Part shown: positions 1 to 13,190 of the stretch, piece by piece
Numbering within the stretch: the stretch's first letter is position 1
Layout of the letters: every line of letters begins with the position of its first letter
Assembly (NCBI RefSeq): GCF_021869535.1
Contig: NW_026262712.1
Location: forward strand, 72,230,001-72,294,000
Reading direction: 5' to 3'
Source: Mytilus californianus
Taxonomy: Eukaryota
Length of the DNA: 64,000 bases
Notes under the pieces: generated by a model
Database searches by the model: none
What the model was told of the DNA's origin: nothing
Seen by the model: the letters and a program-made list of their open reading frames with translations, nothing else
Program-made: the position numbers and the translations under genes

Positions 1-29
1 GTTAATTGGTGTTCAGTTGTATAAGCATT

Positions 30-270
30 AGCACATCTCATTTCCATGGAGAATATTTGGCCCCGCCCCCTCAGTCATGGTCTATTTACTTTGAAACTTT
101 TGAGTAGTTTACATGTATTAGTTTGTGATTAGATCAGTTTAAGATCAACTGCTAATGTTAAGTCATTGATATTTGGTATGCAAATTTATTGGCATTTGCA
201 AGTATCGTTTCCATGGAGATTATATAGCCCCACCCCTGATCATGGTTCATTGACTTTGAAACTTTTACAT
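30..270. repeat. Two tandem core units of about 167 bp
   Basis: ttccatggaga..cccc..catggt..actttgaaactt occurs at about 41 and about 208. Confidence 0.6.
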
Positions 271-1425
271 ACTTGGTTTCTTTCTTGGATTTTGCACATA
301 TTTGGTGTGTTCTGGGATTTTGCGTATTGATAAACTGTACAACAATACGAATGAAGATGTTTGTATAAGGTCATTTATGCAATTGGTGGGGAAACAAATT
401 GTTGTCGTTAATTACGTTTTAATCAGGGTGTTTTAGTGAAGTGTTACAGAAGAAGGAATATGATACCAAAGAGGCAATAAACACTATGATTGAACAAAAC
501 ATACAGTACCATTGCATTAAAGAAAACAATGAAAAGACAAGACCACAAAACACTACACAGATCACATAACTTTGAGCAATAACCCCCCTCCCCCAAAAGA
601 AAATTCGAAGTAGCTCCCGTGGTGTTGTTGATACGAGAATAGTATATTTTAGGGCGACGTTCAATAAAAAAGTCCACAAATGGTGAATTAGGATGGCATG
701 ACTACTACAACGGAACAAATTTTAGGAAATATAACAGAACTATTTCAAAACTTCGAAAGGAGTTTTTGTGAACTTTTCAAATTCAATGATACATACATAC
801 GGAGCCCGGGAAGGGACATGCTATATATTTTTTTTAATCCGTTCCCACGGATTACTTATCCGTTATAACGAATTGCTAATCAATTCCCACGGACTACTTA
901 TCCGTTATAATGGTTTTTTTATCCATTTCCATGGATGACTAGTCCGTTATAATCTAACGATGATAAGATATAATTTCAAAATATACATGTGAGATATTTA
1001 AATTCTCTCACAATTTAAATTTAGTAAAATTGGTTTAAGGTCAAATATAGTTAATATAATTAGCGTAAACTATCATACCCAAACTTGTATAAAGCGGAAA
1101 TTTCAAATTAAAAATTGACAATTATTTTTGACGTAAATAACACTTTAGATGGTGATGTGTCAATTGTATGCAACCTCTATTGATACATTTATGAATGTTT
1201 TATATTAAACACAGGAGAACGAAATTAAAGCCATTTTTGTTGGTAGATTTACCTTGAAAAAATATACTTTTCCGAAAGAAATAAAATATGAACAATTACA
1301 CATTAACTGTTTCATTAAAATTTCATGTTTGTTTAGATTTTGTTTAATTATAGTATCCTTAGCAGAAACCCCAACTATACCTCCATATGTGATGTGAATA
1401 TATAGGCTTTCAGCTTTTGTCATTT

Positions 1426-1528
1426 ATGTTCAAAATGTGTTCAACGTCTATCTTGATTGTTTTTCTCATCACAGTTAATTCGGTGTCGTTAGCAGATATC
1501 ATTTCAAATGTCAGCTCATCAGCTAGTG
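1426..1528 (+). CDS. Exon 1: signal peptide MFKMCSTSILIVFLITVNSVSLA-DIISNVSSSAS
   Basis: ATG followed by a hydrophobic core and small residues. Donor G|gtaaga at 1529 is phase 1, matching exon 2. Confidence 0.7.
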
Positions 1529-1879
1529 GTAAGACAACCATGCATGCATCTAATTGTTATTGATACTATTGATATTCCGTTGAAGAAACATTTGGTTTTA
1601 ACGGATACATTCAGTAGTGGAAAAGAAAGGGTGTTGATCTTCAAGGCGATGACAATTAGATTCGTATTAATTCATATCAGATATGTTGATATATCTTTTG
1701 TTGTATTTTTTTTACATTTTTAGTACATTTAATAAGTGAAATTATTAAAGATATATAAAAAATATCGATGTAAAATAAATATCGTTTTCAGCGTTGTTTA
1801 CTTAAATTACTTAAATTGTGAAGCGGATAAATGTTTTTCTTTTAAAAAAAACTCATGTTATTTTGTTAAAAAAAACTGT

Positions 1880-2045
1880 CTTTGTTGACAACATATTTGT
1901 TACGTTTAGATGGTGTGTTTTTTAACAATCAATCGGCATTCATATGGGGAACCTAATAGGCTCCTCTTCTTGCCGACAAGAGATTCTCATTAAGAACGAA
2001 AGGAATCTAGCATTAATCTTAACTTCACTTCTTATTTCAACGACT
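1880..2045 (+). mobile_element. Decayed Naiad RT fragment
   Basis: DNIFVTF...QSIGIHMGT..PLLAD remnants. Confidence 0.55.
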
Positions 2046-2351
2046 TTTGATATTACCAACAAGTTTTAATGCAGCTATTTAGAACAGACATAAGTTGTCA
2101 AACAATATATTATAAAAGGGGTCCTAAAAAAATCAAATGCAGGGCACCAAACACTGCATGACGGGGAAATCATATTTAAGGGACGATACACTGCATGACG
2201 AGGAAATCAAATGCAAAAAAACATACACTGCTTGTCGATGAAATCAAATTCAATAAACCATACACTGTATGACGAGGAACTCAAATTTAAGGGATAGTAC
2301 ACTGTATAACGACAACATCAAACAATATGAAATAAGAAATTACATTTTCAG

Positions 2352-2483
2352 ATACAGATTGTTCCGCAAACAACAAGTTCAAATGTAAAAAAACTGGAAG
2401 ATGTATAGCAATTAATTGGAGATGTGATGGTGACGACAGTGACTGTGGTTATGGTGATCAGTCTGACGAACAAAATTGCACTG
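2352..2483 (+). CDS. Exon 2: LDLa repeat 1 ([41 protein letters not shown])
   Basis: Six Cys, the WxCDG and DxSDE motifs, ttttcag acceptor and gtatgt donor, phase 1/1. Confidence 0.93.
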
Positions 2484-2574
2484 GTATGTAAACAAAAAAG
2501 ATTAAATGTCAAGAAGGATGTAGCATTTACTTCTCTCATTATAATGGGTTCTTTCTACATTTAACACCTAGTTA

Positions 2575-2765
2575 CTACTGAAATCACTAGCCAGTGCAGG
2601 TGCACTCGACTCCAATCTTAATTGACTAGGATTGTCAGTTTTCCTATCGAAGGTCGATGGTTTTCTCCGGTCACTCCGGCTATCTCCACCAATAAAAACT
2701 GGCCGCCACGAAATCGCCCAAAAGCGGTGCTTAAAAGTGGCGTTAAAACACCAAAAATTCAAAAA
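2575..2765 (+). mobile_element. V-domain-like SINE
   Basis: GGTTTTCTCCGGTCACTCCGGCTATCTCCACCAATAAAAACTGGCCGCCACG core. Confidence 0.6.
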
Positions 2766-3768
2766 TCAAAAGCATTTAACACCTATTTTGTCTATCAAAT
2801 TAAAGGACTGCTCCAGTAATTTCAAAATTACATTATAAGCACTACTTTATTTTTGACGTATTATGATTGTTAGCAAACTTTGGCAGAACAACAACTGTCA
2901 ACAGGAATTCTAACGACAAAAAGGATGTGAGACCATGAACATAATCAGCAAACTTGCGATGATTTATAATTTGATTTGTTTCATCCAAATCGATTTACAA
3001 GATTTAAACATCGGTAAACTGCTGTTGCCTTAATTTGTATGTATTCACATTTTTATACCCATTTTTATAACGTTAAATTTCTGTTAACTTAAAGTAAAAT
3101 CTCTGTTTTAAATTGAAGTTTTGCATTAATTTACCCATCATACATGTATCTAAATATTGTTATTCAATTTTTACATATCATTGAAAAGGGTTTAAATTAG
3201 TACTTACATAGACGTATAAGTCTAGCTTACAACAGTATGTTGGAGATGGCTTACAAATTGATAGCTCACCTTCATTGATATGAATCTAACATGTTTCTAT
3301 AAGAAAAAAACCTGACGATGAATAAATGAACATGGCGATAACTTCTTTTCACATTTATCCATCTTTTCTTTCCCTTTTTGTACTTATCATAAGTTTCTCT
3401 ATCAGAAAATCGGCATACCAGAAACAGTTTATAGAGTGATCAATTGGTGAAACAATTCGGCTCATTGCAATGGAATGCCAGTAGGTTTCTGCATATTAAT
3501 TTTATACCCACCCAGATCAATGATCGATTTTCATGAACAGAATATTTATATTAGTGTATAAAAAATACCAGACTTTGATTTTAAAACCTAAAAAGGAAAT
3601 TTGATGATTCATTTGTACTGAATATTAGTACATCATGTCAATCAACAGTTCTTTTATTTTTAAAATGTCTAAAACAGATTTCAATCAAATTTGGCGACAA
3701 CCGATACCAATACAAGTTTTCAAATCTGGATAAAAATGTTTGTTATAAATACGTTTGATTGGTTTTAG

Positions 3769-3885
3769 GGAAGACCTGTCCTTCTGGTGAATTCAAGTGC
3801 AAATCTGGCCAGTGTATTCTTATAAAATGGAAATGTGACGGAGAAAAAGACTGTTATGACGGCACGGATGAACTAGAGTGCAATG
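3769..3885 (+). CDS. Exon 3: LDLa repeat 2 ([36 protein letters not shown])
   Basis: Canonical LDLa pattern, AG/GT boundaries, 117 nt, phase 1/1. Confidence 0.95.
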
Positions 3886-4353
3886 GTAATTTCCGAATCA
3901 TGGACAGACTGCGATTATAGAATAGAAATTCAAGAAATATACTAATGGCATTGTTAAATATTGAACTTTGATAATGATTCTTTATCAGGTGGCAATGTAA
4001 ATTCCTCATGTAGTATTTTTGTTTCAAATAGTTACATGTCGCACTTACCTTAATATGTGTAAATTAAAAGGACAAACTTTAACAATAGGTATTTTAAATA
4101 ATGCAAGTAACTGTCTAAAAGCACAGAAGGTAACAGAGAAATAAAGGTAACAGTGAAATAAAAACCGATAATTTCACATTTGAAATAAACGTGGTTATTT
4201 CATTCCTCTGACGTCATACAACAAAAGCCGTTGTCATGACATCGGAGCAAAACAAATTGTGAATGGTTAGAAAAAGATATAGTTCCTTACATTTTCTTCT
4301 TTAATTTCAGAAAAAAAGCCATTTGCAAATGTAATAAAAGAATAACTCATCAA

Positions 4354-4484
4354 AGAATTCAAATATCGAAAAATATTCAACTCGTGACAGAACAACACTG
4401 ATGATTATATCATGCGCTTCGCGCATTCGTCAAATAATGTGTTGTTCGGTCACTCGTTGAATATTTTTTCTCTATTTGAATTCT
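4354..4484. repeat. Palindromic hairpin MITE-like element
   Basis: agaattcaaata..aatattcaac..gaacaacac has a mirror arm; centre atgcgcttcgcgcat. Confidence 0.7.
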
Positions 4485-5401
4485 TCGATTATTTATTCTA
4501 TAAATACTTGAAGTAAGGGTAACACAAGTATACACAGAAATATGCTATTTCTATATATATCGTTATAAATGCTTTTCGAAGTCTAATTTATTCTCGTTCT
4601 GGAGTCATATTGAAATGCAAAATGACCGTGCTCTTTAATTAATGCCGAAATTCAAACAAATTACTTATGCTTGGTAGTCCTTTCCAAACAAACAAACGAA
4701 CAAGAAATAATTCTAACTTTTGTTTTCGTTTTAAGAATGTTAAACGTGTAAAAAAGTGTTATCTTGTGCCATATACGAATGAATAATTTTAAGTGATGAC
4801 ACAATATTAAGTAGTTACTGTTTTTCTGGTGACCTTTTTGCTTTGGTAAAAGTGGTATCTTTGTTTTTTTGTTTTTTTATAGCTAATATTTGCCTCTTGA
4901 TATCCTTATTTTAGATTATAACCAGAAACATATTTTGTTTAAAGCTCTGGAATTAATGATTGATTGGTGTTTCAAGACACCGCCTCAGCACAAACAGGCT
5001 ATATCACAAGGGGACTTTATGCGTTTTGTGGGAAAATATAAATCGTCTTGTCCCACCACCTGACTTTCTTATCTTATTTCTGTCCAGCCATATGCCCACT
5101 TAACATAACTACATTTAAGTGGAAGTTCACTATTTTAACAACAACTTTGATGATGAACTTTAATGTATTTCATTCACGATAAACACATTCAAGTAGATTC
5201 AAATAGTTAGAAATAAAATTCATCACAACAGACTTGAAACTAAAATTTAAATTATGTCTCTTTATATGAATTTGTTAAAGATGACATTCAACCAATTCAA
5301 TATCATAAAACTATCCTCCAGAATTTTCAATTTTCAGCGCTGTCTAAGTTTTAAAATTTATTTTAACTATTTATATCCAGATTGAACATATACAAAAAAA
5401 A

Positions 5402-5478
5402 ACGCCAATAGCCAAATCATTTACTAGTAACATGCCAATAGTCAAATCATTTACTAGTAACATGCCAATAGTCAATCA
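5402..5478. repeat. 30-bp tandem repeat x2.5
   Basis: atgccaatagtcaaatcatttactagtaac. Confidence 0.8.
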
Positions 5479-5734
5479 ATGTGTGACAGATGACATTCCG
5501 TTAATTCAACTAGTGCTAACACTTTGAATACCTGGGCACCTCTACCATATAATTTTAATGCAAAATAATGGACATGTAAATAGCCTGGTCACAAAATAAA
5601 CCAATATGCATCTTTTAGCAAAACTTTTATTTATGCAAATGTTTTGGCAATATATATTTATAAACAGTAATATTAAAAGTACTATATACTGTCAATGTAG
5701 GCCTACTAATACAAGTTATGCTTGGGGCTAATTC

Positions 5735-6150
5735 TGTTTAAATGTCTTTTTAATCGAGTTAAGTATTTCAATTGATATTTTATAGTATGTCTATTTTTGT
5801 TGTAATGTTACACTATTGTCTCGATTTAGAGAGAAGGTTGGCGCCTGTTAGAACGTTTTAATTCGTTGATTTTTATGCACCTGTCCTAAGTCAGGAGCCT
5901 GTTGTTTAGTGGTAGTCGTTTGTTGGTGTGGTTCATAAGTGTTTTTCGTTTCTCGTTTTAATATAGATTAGACCGTTGGTTTCCTGTTTGAATTATTTTA
6001 CACTGGCCCTTTATCGCATGCTGTTCGCTGTGAGCCAAGGCTGCGTGTTGAAGGCCGTACTAAAAACCTATCATTGTTAACTTTTTATACATTGTGACTT
6101 GGAAGGAGAATTGTCTTATTGGAACTCATACCATATCTTCTTATTTATAT
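5735..6150 (+). repeat. Solo Naiad 3'/pLTR-like module (diverged)
   Basis: CCTGTCCTAAGTCAGG core and the GAGAGTTGTCTCATTGG..ATACCACATCTTC tail, as at 11145-11592. Confidence 0.75.
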
Positions 6151-6484
6151 TTATATAGAATTATTTGCAAAAACATCGAGTACTTCGAGTGTAGTTAGTG
6201 GTATCTGTCATGCAGTTAATGATATGCATACAACTTAGTATATTATCCAGTGAAATTTGATGATTATCAACTATTATTTATTAAAACAATTCATCTATAT
6301 TTAAGAAACTCCATGCTATCTTACTTAGCCAATTTCTTTCACATCTGTATTTGAATATTCTTTAAATTGCCAAAACTATGGTCAGTTTACGTTTTAGATT
6401 TCTTCTAAATAATGTTTCGTCTATATATACTTCAAAGCTGTCATTAGATTGAAATATAAAATACTCGATAACAAGGCATTTAAT

Positions 6485-6932
6485 TGTTCAGTGTATGTTT
6501 ACTGGTGTTAATATGTCCTTTGATTGAGTTAAGCCATTTCAGTTGATATTTTATAGTGTGTATTTATATGTTGTGATGTTACACTATTGTTTCAGATAAG
6601 GGTGAAGGTTTGGTACCATTAAAACGTTTAAACCCTCTGCAATTGTTTGCACCTGTCCTAAGTCAGGAATCTGATGTACAGTAGTTGTCGTTTGTTGATG
6701 TGGTTCAGAAGTGTTTCTCGTTTCTCGTTTTTTATATAGATTAGACCGTTGGTTTTCCCGTTTGAATGGTTTTACATTAGTAATTTTTGGAGCCCTTTAT
6801 AGCTTGCTGTTCGGAGTGAGCCAAGGCTCCCTGTTGAAGACCGCACTTTGACCTATAATGGTTTACTTTTATAAATTTTGACTTGGATGGAGAGTTGTCT
6901 CATTAGCACTCATACCACATCTTCTTATATCT
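6485..6932 (+). repeat. Solo Naiad 3'/pLTR-like module, near-identical to 11145-11592
   Basis: Direct visual alignment over about 450 bp shows few differences. Confidence 0.85.
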
Positions 6933-7457
6933 ATATACTTTTAGCTAACATATGTTTTCATGAAGTGTTATATGGAGATAAGACAGTCCAATCAATATTA
7001 GGAATATATGTCAAATTATCTTACATGAAAATTATCATACCATATTGTAATTTCACATTTATTTTACTGAAAATAACATGTTTTAATTCAAACTGATGTT
7101 CAAACTGAATTTTTAGAGGAAAAATAGTATGAAAACTTAGTTTGAATCTTTAGCAATAATAATTCAAATAACTCTCTACAAAATTGAAAGAATTTAAGAA
7201 ACTTGTTTATAACAGCCATGAAGTTGAATGAAATTAAAATTGTAAGTTGTAAGATTTTTGACCAGTTGAATAGTTTTATTTGATGAAATACATTGTAATT
7301 AGGTCAGAATTTTGAATTTTGAATGAACTGCAAATGGCGGAGCAAGCAAGTCAGGGTTTTAAATTTCTCTCAGAAAATAAAAAAAGCATTAGGTTAGAAT
7401 GTCCATTTTATTGAGAAAATACATATTGTTAAAATCATGCTTGTAATTATATACCAG

Positions 7458-7574
7458 ATAATCCAACATGAGCTAAAGATGAAATAAGATGTTCTAACGG
7501 CAAATGTTTGACATCAAAATGGTTATGCGATGGTGAAGATGATTGTGGTGATAGAAGCGATGAACATAACTGTA
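7458..7574 (+). CDS. Exon 4: LDLa repeat 3 with TGA at Cys1 ([37 protein letters not shown])
   Basis: LDLa motif intact apart from TGA 7469-7471. Acceptor ccag, donor gtaagt. Confidence 0.9.
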
Positions 7575-7719
7575 GTAAGTATATGTATGTATGTAAACTT
7601 AGTAGATGACCTTACATTTTGTAGCTGTTCTTTATAACCAGATTCAAAGTGTCAACGTCTGTTCAAAAACCTTTAGGAATTCACCATATCAGAACTAAAT
7701 TATACTTCATTCCATTATC

Positions 7720-8225
7720 TAAACTTTATTTACTATTTCAAGAGGCCCAAAATACTTCCGTTATTGATTCTAATTCTGTTTTGTATAGATTTGTTGCAAT
7801 AATCATGGAAATTGCTAACCATAGACTATTGAAGCCCGTATTAACTACATCCAAAAATGAGGAAAAACGTAATATGTTAAGGTAGAATTCGCCAATAAAG
7901 GTTTAGATGCTATTAATATTAGCAATATTTCCACCAGAAATCTGTACAAAAAACTATAATAGTGGAATTAACTATTTTTGGAGAGTAAAAAATTCTTTGG
8001 ATGTTTTCGATAAATTACGTGCTTTTGATGGTCTTTTTGATTCTGTTGACAGTTTTGATTTTCTACTCTTTACACTACATTTCCACACAATCTTATCAAA
8101 CAAAAATTTGACTATTTAATTAAATGGTCGTTTGGTAAATCTGAATGCAAATATATTTGCTGCAACTCATTTAAAGCCTTCTTCTCTAATGAGAAAGGTA
8201 AATATGCTAGAAAATAATAGCAGAC
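7720..8225 (+). mobile_element. Rearranged Naiad (Penelope-like) fragments
   Basis: EIANHRLLKPV...KR linker fragment is fused to an RT fragment (GINYFWRVKNSLDV...DSVDSFDF). Confidence 0.75.
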
Positions 8226-8269
8226 ATCCAGTATTATGCAAACTGGGTCAAATACCAATAAGTAAATTA

Positions 8270-11200
8270 TATGCTATTTTTCTGGAGTGTGATCAAATTT
8301 CTTTTTTTTTGCCCAATGTATGAATACACCCGTATTATTACAGCCTTTTGTCATCATAGGCTATTTCCTAGTATCGATAAACCTGAAAATCATAAACGGC
8401 ATTTTCTTAAATTAAAATATATAAATAGAGGTATTGATTTTATTAACTTATCTAGTATATTCAATGACTCTACCATTCAAAGCCAAATACCTCCATATTT
8501 TGATAATATAGAACCACCTATTATTTCGTATTCTTATAAAAAAAAACCAGCAGAAGTTTCATTTTTAATTATACGTCAGTTACATCAGACGTCAATATAG
8601 AAAATAATGTTCCTTCCACTTGAGACAGTGAAACATCTAGTTTTAGATATGTTCCTTATGGTCATGTCCTTACAGGATACCTCAACATCGTCGAAGACCG
8701 TGAGGTCATAACTTTTCTTAAGAAAGGACCGAAATATCGTCCTCCATCTAAAATAGATTGGAAACAGTGTCGTCAGGTCATTAAAGACGCTCTGTCTGTC
8801 TACTGTAAAAATTGTTGTAAACGTGAAAAATCTGATAAAAAATCTCTAGACAGTTATTTGAATAAAATTATGAATACTGTTAATATTCGTATATCTCATT
8901 TTGAAAACAATTCTGAAATTAGTAATAGGGTCCATGATATTCCCATTTCTAAAATAAAAAATAAACTCCTAGTACTCGCAAAGCGGTTAGTGTTCGTACC
9001 GGCAGACAAAGCAGCAAACAATGTAGTGGTGGTGTGACGCATATACTATACGGAAGTTCTCCAAAACGAAATTACAAATTCATCTACATTCTGGTCCGTA
9101 CGCTCCACAGAGAGTCAAATTGTTAACAAGCATATCATTGCCACTATCCAGCTTAAAGCCTCTTCCGAACATTTGAAAGTTCCTACATTGTACTGGTTAC
9201 CTAAATTACACAAAAAAACATTTAAACTTCGTTTCATCTCCGCAACTAGTAAGTGTTCTACTACCAATCTATCAGTGCTTCTAACTACCTCCCTTACTAC
9301 TATCAAAGAACTTGTTATCAACTTTTGTAATAAAGCATATGAAAATATTGGTGTTAATTATTTTTGGAGTGTTAAAAATTCTTTACAGGTTTTAGATAAA
9401 ATACATGCTTTTGATGGTCCTTTTAATTCTGTTGACAGTTATGATTTTTCTACTCTCTATACTACACTTCCACACAATCTTATCAAGAAAAAGTTTTCAT
9501 ATTTAATTAAATGGTCTTTTGAAAAATCTCATTACAAATTTATTTGCTGTAACTCGTTTAAAGCCTTTTTCTGTAACGCAAAAGGAAAGTATGCTAGATA
9601 CACTTACTGGAAATGTGAAGATATGATTGACTCTTTAAATTTTCTACTGCACAACATATATGTACGTTTCGGCGATAAAGTGTATCGACAAGTAGTAGGT
9701 ATTCCTATGGGCACTAACTGCTTTTTTGATAGCAGATTTATTCCTGTATTGCTATGAATCTCAGTTTATTACCAAACTCAGTAAAGACACGTCATTGTTA
9801 CATTTGGTTGATACATTCAACAATTCCTTCCGTTATCTAGATGATATTGTTTCGTTAAATTATCCAGAGTTCTCTAAATATACTACCGAAATTTACCCAA
9901 AAAGAACTTATTTTAACTAAATCTAACATAAACAGCAGTAGTTGTCCTTTTCAAGATTTGGACATTTCAATCTCTAAAGGAAAACTCCATACTAAAATTT
10001 ACGACAAAAGAGACGACTTTTCATTCCCTATTGTTAATTTTCCATTTTTAGACGGCGATGTTCCTTTGGCTCCATCATACGGTGTTTATATATCCCAACT
10101 CGATCGTTATGCCCGTTTGTGTAGTGATGTCATAGATTTTAACGAACGTAATCAATGCATCACTGGTAAATTATTAGGTCAGGGATTTCGTTACCATAAA
10201 TTACGTAAAACTTTTACTAAATTCTTTCATAGATACAAAGACTTGATTAGTAATTTCGGCTGTACCTGTAGACAACTGATTAAAAATGGTATTTCACATC
10301 CTAAATTTTACGGTAATATTGTACTTAAAGCGCAGAAATCACTATGTGATCCGTGTAAACTCATCGAACCTTTAAACAAACTTATTAGTAAAGGTTATCT
10401 TACCAATGTTGTAATCAGATCTTTGAATATAGTTTACATTGGCACTAATATCGATTTTGTCATCAGCAAATTAAAACATAACTAAATTTGTATTATTTTC
10501 AAACGGGATGTATAAAGACACACCCACGTTTATTTTGATCTATAAAGAGATTAACTCCTAATTAACTAGCCTACTGCCTGTCGATACATTTATTTTTAGC
10601 ATTGCACAAGTCATGTCTTCTTTGACTGTCCATGACGTTAAAATACTAAATCCCTGGGATGTGTTTTAGTTGATTGTAGTCTCAGATTCATGATTTTTTA
10701 ATATTAATAGTTTTTGGCTTTTAACTAGCTGTCAGTAACTGCGAGTACTCTCAAATCGTACTTTCTTGTTTATGACCTGTTGATACTAATTATAATGCTT
10801 TTTTGTTATATAATGTTATTCATGGTTATATCTGGTCTATATACCAGCTTTGATAAGTGTTTGGTATTACTATAAATTTTCACTTCTTCGTACTATGAAC
10901 ATCAAAAATTATTTATTTTGTAAAAATATTTCCTTTCTCTATTTGAACTGTACACGTATACATAACAACAAAATTATTTTTTTTACCTGTGTTTAAAGTG
11001 ATTGCAAATGGCTGATATTTTTGTTCAAGTATATTGTTTTTCTTAAATTGTTTAACATTTCACAGCGGTATAACAGGTTACTTTAATTATTCTTCCCTTA
11101 GTTTATTTCTTTTGTATTTGCATTGTATCATATATCAAATTATTTGTTCAGTGTATGTTCACTGGTGTTAATATGTCTTTTGATTGAGTTAAGCCATTTC

Positions 11201-11592
11201 AATTGATATTTTATAGTGTGTTTTTCTATGTTGCGATGTTACACTATTGTTTCAGATAAGGATGAAGGTTTGGTACCATTAAAACGTTTAAACCCGCTGC
11301 AACTGTTTGCACCTGTCCTAAGTCAGGAATCTGATGTTCAGTAGTTGTCGTTTGTTGATGTGGTTCATAAGTATTTCTCGTTTCTCGTTTTTTATAAAGA
11401 TAAGACCGTTGGTTTTCCCGTTTGAATGGTTTTACACTGGTAATTTTTGGGGCCCTTTTTAGCTTGCTGTTCGGTGTGAGCCAAGGCTCCCTGTTGAAGA
11501 CCGTACTTTGACCTATACTGGTTTACTTTTATAAATTTTGACTTGGATGGAGAGTTGTCTCATTGGCACTCATACCACATCTTCTTATATCT
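8270..11592 (+). mobile_element. Naiad Penelope-like retroelement copy 1: 5'-truncated, Sec-type (2 in-frame TGA plus SECIS), with 3' pLTR-like module
   Basis: Linker GHVLTG..KGPKYRP, then RT motifs LYWLPKLHK, DFSTLYT, GIPMG, RYLDD and DKRDDFSFPIVNFP. The ORF ends at 10485 with no C-terminal GIY-YIG. Frameshifts lie at about 8540, 9720 and 9900. Confidence 0.9.
10609..10695 (+). promoter_or_regulatory. SECIS element (form II) of Naiad copy 1
   Basis: AUGAC 10632-10636, a 10-bp helix II (GUUAAAAUAC/GUGUUUUAGU), unpaired AAA 10648-10650, mini-stem UCC-cug-GGA, UGAU 10671-10674, and a lower helix GACU/AGUC plus UCAUG/CAUGA. Confidence 0.85.
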
Positions 11593-13190
11593 ATAGATAT
11601 ACTTACCGGAGGTGTGATGAGATGATTGAAGCTGTTAATTTTCTCCTTGATAATATTTATGTACGTTTCGGCAGCAAAGTTTATCGACAGTTGTAGGTAT
11701 TTCTATAGGCACTGTTTGCGCCCCTTTAATAGCAGACTTGTTGTTGTACTGTTATGAATCACAGTTTATGACCAAAATCAGTTAAGACCCGTCTAAATTG
11801 CATTTAATTGATAAATTCAACAATACTTACCGTTATCTTGATGATATTTTTTCGTTAAATATTCAAGAATTTTCTCAATATACTGCCGAAATTTACCCAA
11901 AGGAACTTACTTTAAATAAATCAAATTTAAACGGTAACAACTGTCCTTTCCTAGATTTAGATATTTCGGTTTTACACGGGAAACTCCACACTAAAATTTA
12001 CGACAAAAGGGACGATTTTTCGTTCCCTATTGTTAATTTTCCCTTTTTGGATGGTGATGTTCCTTTGGCACCATCTTACGGTGTTTATATTTCACAACTC
12101 GTTCGCTATGCCCATGTCTATTGTGACGTTTTCGATTTTAACGAACGTAATCTATGTATTACCGGTAAATTATTAAGCCAGGGATTTTGTTACCACAAAT
12201 TACTTAAAACCTTTACTAAATTCTTCCACAAATAAAAAGATTTGGTTTTGAAGTTTGGTTGTAAATGTAGAAAACTTATTTCAAACGGGATTGCACATCC
12301 TCATTTTTACGGCAATATTGTTTACCGTGCCCGGAAATTTAGAAACGATCCTGGTAAACACCGATCCTTTAAATAAACTTATTCTAAAAGGTTACCAATT
12401 CAACACTGCAATTAGATCATTAAATATTGTTTTTATTGGTACTAATATTGATTTTGTTATCAGTAAATTAAAAGCAAACTAAATATTATTGTTATATACA
12501 TATACACATTCATGGATCTACAATCTGTCGATACCTGTATCTTGGCATTGCACAAGGTCATGTTTTTCGCTGACTGTTTATGACGTCTTTACACTAAATC
12601 CATTGGATGTTGGATATGTACGGATTGATAATTTAGTCTTAGATGCATGATTTTTTTATTAGTTGTTAGTGGCTTTGAACTAGATGTCAGTAACTGCGAG
12701 TACTCTCAGATCTGTACTTAGTGTCTTTTTGTTGTTTGGATGTACAAGTACCCGGCCACGTCCACTTGTTTTTGTAGTATTTGTATTTTTATCCATCTGA
12801 TGAGTTAAGCCTCTTTCAACTGATTTTTATAGTTCGTTCTTATGTTGTACTGTTATACCACTGTCCTAGGTTAGGGGGATGGTTGGGATCCCGCTAACAT
12901 GTTTAACCCCGCCACATTCTGTATGTATGTGCTGTCCCAAGTCAGGAGCCTGTAATTCAGTGGTTGTCGTTTGTTTATGTGTTACATATTTGTACATAAA
13001 TTAGGTCGTTAGTTTTCTCGTTTGAATTGTTTTACATTGTCATTTCGGGACCTTTTATAGCTGACTGTGCGGTATGGGCTTTGCTCATTGTTGAGGCCGT
13101 ACGGTGACCTTTAGTTGTTAATGTCTGTGTCATTTGGTCTCTTGCGGAGAGTTGTTTCATTGGCAATCATACCACATCTTCTTTTTTATA
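11593..13190 (+). mobile_element. Naiad copy 2 (3' RT half, SECIS, 3' module), head-to-tail after copy 1
   Basis: ORFs 11798-12235 and 12255-12482 are homologous to the copy 1 C-terminus (…VISKLKAN*). Confidence 0.9.
12557..12650 (+). promoter_or_regulatory. SECIS-like element of Naiad copy 2
   Basis: AUGAC 12580, AAA 12596-12598, UCC-auu-GGA and UGAU 12626. Helix II GUCUUUACA/UGUACGGAU has one mismatch. Confidence 0.7.

Noticed and set aside
12795-12830. Hammerhead at CTGATGAG
   Set aside because: No stem II followed by GAAA.
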